Shown here one piece after another: positions 57,871 to 64,000 of a DNA stretch of 64,000 bases. The notes under the pieces were generated by a model. It did not search any database. It was not told the DNA's origin and saw only the letters and a list, made by a program, of their open reading frames with translations. Made by a program: the position numbers and the translations under genes. Source of the stretch: Macrostomum lignano (Eukaryota); NCBI GenBank assembly GCA_002269645.1, contig NIVC01001051.1, positions 186,001-250,000 on the forward strand, read 5' to 3'. How positions within the stretch are numbered: position 1 is the stretch's first letter; each line of letters begins with the position of its first letter.

Positions 57871-60495
57871 CTACTGCATTCGACATCCATTCAGTCTCGC
57901 CAGCACTGCATCCATGAAGTCCTCAGGCGATTCTTTCACATCGGCAAACGTAACCTCTTCCTCAGTTTTGCTGCTGCCTTCTTCCTTGACTCTGTCCGGC
58001 TTTACCGCGGGCACCCGCATAAGCCGGATGTCCTCCTGAGTGACGGCCGTCTCGGCCAGGGCGGCGTTCTTCCGCTGCTCCTGCACCAGAGCCGCCCAGT
58101 AGGTGGAGGCTGGGGGGAAGCCGATGAAGCCGTAGACCCGTTGGTGGCCCTTGAACGCGTAGCTGTGGTGCAGGCTGAGGTTCACGGTGCAGCTCAGGTC
58201 TTCCCTACCATCCAGTCGCCTCTGTCGGGTGTTGAGGTGCTGCCTGACGTAGCTGTTCATCGCCTGCAGCAGGCGGTCCAGGAACTTGATGTCTGGCTCT
58301 GGTGATCTCGATTCCAAGGCGTGCTTTGGGTGCTCAAGTGAGCCGAAACCGAGCATTGGCTGCTCCTGGTGCGGGATGAGCACAAAGTCCTCAAACAGGT
58401 CGAATTCTCCCCGCAGCTGCTTCGCGGGCTTCCGTTTTGCAACTTCCGACGGCGGGTTCCGGCGCGTCACCAGCAGCTCCGGCATCTTGACCAGCTGCAG
58501 CCTGCGAAGCACGTTCTTCTCGTACAGCTTCATTGTAAGACGGGGATCCTTGTCGCTCGAGCTCGAGCTCTCCTTGGAGTAGGTCCAGAACTCGGTCACG
58601 TAGCTCTTGTCGGGCCAGTTGGGGATCGCACAGCTGCTCTTTTTCTGGCGCACGCCCGGCTTTACAGGCGGATTGCAGACCTCGAAAATCTCCAGGTACT
58701 TGGTGTGGTCCGGAACGATGATGTAAGCGAAGAACGCCGGGTAGGCATTGGTGCGATACTTTCCGTGCGGTACCTGCAGCGTGCAGTGGCCAAGGTTGTA
58801 GCTTGTGGTGATGTCCGTGGCCGCCTTCACAAGGTCTTGCCGTTCCTCTGCGTCCAGGCAGTCGTACAGCTGCTTGTGGAACTTGTAGTGCAGCAGGAAC
58901 CTGGGCAGGCAGTGCACCAGATCGAATCGCACCGTGAAGCTGTCGTTCTTCCTGTGCGCAAACAGCAGATCGTAGTATCTGGCGGCCGACTGGCTCGTGT
59001 CGACATCAAGTGAGCCAGCCGACCCGCAGCAGTCGCACGGAAATCTACCACCATCTTCTAAGTCAACAGAACTGCCGTTTCGGTCGAGCAGACGGCTCTG
59101 AAGTATCTCGCGTTCTTCTGGACTGAGAGCGTCTGTCGGTGGCGACTCAACCAAGCCGTTCAGGAACAGTAGCTGAGCCCGACGCGTTTTCGCCTGCTCC
59201 AAATCATCCAGACACTCGCTGTGCACCCCCAGTGAGCTCGGCTTCTTGACTTGAAGAAACATGTTCACCCGCTCCTGAAAGTCGACGGTATCAGAGCCAA
59301 TTTTTGACGCATGTGTGTTGCCTTCGGTTGGTTTGTTTCCGGTTTCTACCATATTTGCTTCCGCTTGTGCATCGCCGGGCTTGTCATGTCCGACACTCAC
59401 TGCGCTGCTGCTCGCTGCTGCAGCGGGGCTCTTGGAAACGCGTTTTACAATCCAGGCAAACTCGTAGTCATCAACACTTTCACTCCGCACGCGGTGACGC
59501 CCATTGGGCTGCTTGTGTTTAAGATGCCGATCGCGCAGCTCCTGCTGCTCGTGCCTGGCTAGGCGGAACAGCCGCTGACTTGGCAGCAGGCCGGAGTCGT
59601 GATCCTCTCTGGACTGTACAAACGGGTTCATCGGCAGTTCAACGTTGCCTTGCTCGTCTGTCTCGGGTCCGGTTCGATTCTCGTGAAAGAAGTGCTTCAC
59701 CTGCTTCTTTATCACTGCTAAGGTGTCCTTTTTCTTACGCAACTCGTTCTTAGTAATCTGGATGCTCTGTGTTCTCATTCTTGAGAAGTCGATAGTCTGG
59801 ACTCGCTCGTCAATGGGAGCGAAGACGTCATCACCGTCGTCGCACTCGCTCCCGGTGAGTTCGTCTCGCTCGTCGATCCGGCCAGAGCGCGTCATCCCGT
59901 CGGAAAAATCCAGGCCGGCTGGCCGGGCGGATCTGGAGGCCGCGCCAACAGAGTCGATGCTGGGACGTCGCGATCCGGGCGGCAGCACCGACATGGAACG
60001 CTGCGGCGTCGGCGGTACCGCTTTAGAGGGTCCAGCTGGAGACGTCGCCAGCACGGACGCTGATCGAATCGGCCGCCTCGGTCTGGAGAAGCTCGCGTCC
60101 TTGATGCTGCTGTCATCGTCGTGATGCTGAGTTTGACCAGCAGATTGATACGAGGGCTTCTGAGAGCCACCTGAGTACCATTCGGACAAGTATATTTTGA
60201 AACACCCCGATAAGTTCAGAATTATGCTATGCTTGCAACATCACATTGCTAATTTCATGCTGCTCTAAATCTGCTCAGCCACAATTAAGGTTTCCCTACA
60301 GAGCAACTATTGCGTCAGCTCACCGAGTTCCTGCGGCTGCCACTCGCCGGGTCCGACGCTGGCGCACTTCCGGCGGCTCTCTGCCGCAATTGAAGAAGGC
60401 GTCTGCAGTTTGACAATGGCCGACCGTCTGGCATACCTGCAGCTGGCTGATGAAGCCCGTCTAGCCTCAGTTTTATGGAGGCCTAGAAAACTCAT
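57871..60495 (-). CDS. Uncharacterised protein, ~823 aa; exons 60495-60324 and 60170-57871
   Basis: A 2.3-kb uninterrupted non-repetitive ORF with coding-like GC composition. The actcag|gt acceptor (phase 1) matches the upstream CTCG|gtgagc donor (phase 1). No family recognised; the start codon is tentative. Confidence 0.75.
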
Positions 60496-62824
60496 GTTTG
60501 TAGCTGTACCGATAAACGCACCAAAATTCAAGTACGAAGCACGATTGCGACTACAAACGTTTTACAGAAACGGTCTTCCATATTTCTTGTAGAGCAGCGA
60601 ACTTTAATTGTTTTGACACCAGATTTATACGAAAACTTCTATTTTTAGAGCGGAAACGACAGCCAGCTTCTGTTGTTGTTATTAAGCGTTCCAATGCACA
60701 CAATCTCATGGCTATGTTGTGGAGACATTGTAAAGTCTGCGGCGAAATGACGGCAGTTCTTTATTGTCCGCCATCTCGGGCTAAAAATAGACTCACACTG
60801 ACAGCAAAAGCACCGCTTTCAGTTTTTGTAAGTAATTTACTTATTTACTAATTTACTAATCGGTAAATTTTGTAATTTACTTGAATTGAAGGTGGAATTT
60901 TAAATGGAGAGTTACATCATGATCTCATTAGATACCATCTACCGATGCCTCATACTGGTCCTCACCGTTCGTCATGTAGTAAAAGTAAAAAAATGCGCAA
61001 TTTAAGCGTAGATCAATCTCACATTAATACAGATCATGTATACTGTAGGGTCGAAACATTAACATATGTAGAAAGCGCGAATCACGTGATCGGGCTCTGC
61101 ATGCTGGGTAGTCCAAGTTGGAGTTGCTCACGGATATATGAATTGTTGTATCTACGAACTATTCTAACATGGGATTTGCGGTATCATAGCGCTACATCCT
61201 ACATATATGTACCTGGTGATGTTTATCATATGTACAATGTACAACGATGTACAAGAAAGTGTATACATCTACATGTTTGTACCAGTGCAGTGTTAAAAAT
61301 TGTGTGCTTATTATATCTGAACGGGGTCCAGATCAGCTAGGTGAGCGCAGCTTGGACCAGAAAATGAAGTCTTTACGATTGATCGCTATGTTTTTATGCA
61401 ATACATTTAGATGTACCTATAATTGGAGTGAGCCGCGGCGTGGCCTACATGTCACGCAGACTAGACCCTGTTTGAAGCAAACTGAAGAATTCTAGCCAGT
61501 CTATGTACATGTATTAAAAAAGGTGTCGTAAAGCCATTCTATATTTACATGAAGTTGCAAGCAAGATTGCCTTCCGCTGTAGGGCCGGATCGCTGAAGGC
61601 TATACATCTTATCTATTGAGTGTTTAACACTCAATACGGGTTTCCGAGTGATTTTTAATGCTTAATCCACTGTTCTCTACTCAAATAATTCCCTCTGTGT
61701 ATCAGATACGCTGCTGCAAATAATATTGGCTGCATGCCGGTCTGCACGACTTTACACTTAGACAGGCCACTGGACTATTACAGGTAGTTAAAAAATGAAT
61801 GGTTTTATTATGTACTTATACCAGTGATCCTTACTTTAAATCTTATGCATGCATCTAATACAGTATACATGTGTCCTACTAGATCGCTACTTCTAACATG
61901 TACATTAAAGAGGCGAATGTGTCACATACAACAATCATTCAAAAAGAGTCATTCAAAAAGGGAAATGAGGAATATATCGATTGATTCGGCTTTCTTTAAT
62001 CGGATGCTGGTCAGACCTTAGAGCAAAGAAATCTATCATTAATAATGCTAGCTGGCCTCCCCAAGCTACGTACAGCATGTCAGATACATGGTCAGCCCCA
62101 AGGTATAGCAAAGATATGTGGCGAACAGCTACGTCCTAAATGTATATAGCTTAAAAGAACATAGCGAGAGATAAGCAGGAAACTTTGAACAGCAGAAATC
62201 AACTAACCCGGAGATAAGGCTAATCTGCCGCCACCAGTACGTGAGCGCATGGCTTTCCAAACCAGCTCTTTGGAAATCGGGTGTCAGAAGGGCTCTGAAC
62301 TTAACCTACTAACTTGTGTCTTTTAGCTGTCAATCTACAAGTCATAGCCGATGATAAAACCGTGAGCGCTGAAGCGCTGACATCAGGTGTAAACGCCACG
62401 GCCGGGACTGCCGCTGTCTCCGCTTAAGCAGCCGCCTCGAACAACAATGCAGTCGGTGCAAAGCGTACCATACCCTTCAGCAATTCGGTGGTCGTATCAA
62501 AGTTAGCTCAGGATGGAACGGTCGTTGAAAGTATTTTGTATTGAACTCTCAGCAAATGGAAACTCGTATCATTGACAGTTCGGTTTAGCTCTATTTTCAG
62601 TCAAATTTTTAACTTTGTTAAACTGTAACTCTTACTCTTGTTCTACTTTAAGCCATAACTTGTAAGCTTGCTCATGTATTGACTGCATGCCCATATGCAT
62701 GCAGTAGTACTTCCAATCACCGTTAGTGAGGTTTCACAAGTCACCAATAGCCGCAACAGAAAAGCCATGCACTGACAAGCCATATCTAATTTTGGCAGAG
62801 GTGGGGAGGGCGGGAGAAGGTGGC

Positions 62825-63470
62825 AGCAGAGAGCGGGAGTGTGGCGCCGGAGAGCGGGAAGGTGGCGGTAGAGAACGGGAAGGTGGCGCCGGAGAGCGGG
62901 AAGGTGGTGGCATTGAGTGGGAAGGTGGCGGCGGAGAGCGGGAAGGTGGCGGTAGAGAGCGGGAAGGTGGTGGTAGAGAGCGGGAAGGTGGTGGTAGAGA
63001 GCGGGAAGGTGGTGGTAGAGAACGGGAAGGTGGCAGTAGAGAGCGGGAAGGTGGCAGTAGAGGGCGGGAAGGTGGCGGTAGAGAGCGGGAAGGTGGCGCC
63101 GGAGAGCGGGAAGGTGGCGGTAGAGGGCGGGAAGGTGGCGGTAGAGAGCGGGAAGGTGGCGCCGGAGAGCGGGAAGGTGGCGGTAGAGAGCGGGAAGGTG
63201 GCGGTAGAGAGCGGGAAGGTGGTGGTAGAGAACGGGAAGGTGGCAGTAGAGAACGGGAAGGTGGCGCCGGAGAGCGGGAAGGTGGTGGCATTGAGTGGGA
63301 AGGTGGCGGCGGAGAGCGGGAAGGTGGCGGTAGAGAGCGGGAAGGTGGTGGTAGAGAGCGGGAAGGTGGTGGTAGAGAGCGGGAATGTGGTGGTAGAGAA
63401 CAGGAAGGCTGCGGTGGAGAGCGGAAAAGTGGCGCCGGAGAGCGGGAAGGTGGCGCCAGAGTGGGGAAAG
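62825..63470. repeat. 21-bp purine-rich minisatellite (gagagcgggaaggtggcggta) with higher-order duplication
   Basis: Repeating unit; all frames stay open because the unit contains no stop codons. Confidence 0.92.
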
Positions 63471-64000
63471 GTCTGACCAAACGATTGTCTTATCGCTCTA
63501 ACAATGTGGCTGAGTTTGCAATACCTGCATTTTTATATTTTAGTTAAAATAAAGCATAAATTGGCTTGTAGGTATTCTCTTCGTGAACTCTCGTTTTTGC
63601 GACTGTTGCTAAGTCTTGTGGAAATTTTGTTAAATTGGATTCTCTGAGTTCTTTACTTTCTTTTTTTCAAAGTGCCTCATTGTGCCAGTTTTTAGCATAG
63701 CAAGACAAAGAAAACATGTACGAGCGTACATCTATCTTCAGATGTTTCTTCGAATGTTAGAAAATGGATTGAAATTCGGGAGGGACTATTATCAATAGCT
63801 TATTCGTACAAAACTTTATCACGCCCAGCGCTATGCAATCATTGAAAGATAAGGTGAAATGTTTTAGTGTACTTTATAGGTGCCAATGCAAGTGCGTAGA
63901 GAGAAGGGATCGTTAGGACTGGGAGTCACCAATGAAAGTACAGAATCTATTCTGAATGGTTTCAATGTAATTGCTTACATGTGCACACAACGGACGTCCG

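Noticed and set aside
62726-63547. ORFs with ESGKV / GGGRERE / PPPSRSL repeats
   Set aside because: A 21-bp minisatellite open on both strands, with no splice signals or unique coding flanks identified.

Overview
Eukaryotic genomic DNA with GC-rich exons and AT-rich introns, nearly all filled with their own minisatellite. This style is most consistent with a flatworm such as Macrostomum (inference, not verified). No rRNA, tRNA or CRISPR was seen. Seven gene models were reconstructed by hand from splice sites and exon phase. (1) An intronless, divergent Pur-alpha-family gene (+, 4502-5698). (2) A 3-exon TCTEX1D1-like dynein light chain (-, 6938-10082). (3) A 9-exon secreted protein of 1438 aa (+, 13299-23572): signal peptide, six tandem copies of an unrecognised ~190-200 aa Cys-containing domain, and a C-terminal non-canonical C-type lectin domain. 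This is the most novel item. (4) A small single-pass membrane protein (-, 26024-26494). (5) A TIR-SAM-TIR-TIR protein (+, 31651-39947, 5' end unresolved) whose three TIR domains all appear to lack the catalytic Glu. (6) A 10-exon DUR3-like urea/solute symporter with a Cys7-His insertion (+, 43526-55593). (7) An ~823 aa orphan (-, 57871-60495). There is also a hAT-type MITE with an intact 8-bp TSD, a decayed Tc1/mariner fragment and a long-TIR MITE family. Two genes carry single-base homopolymer frameshifts that are probably assembly errors. Most long ORFs in the supplied track are artefacts of tandem repeats.
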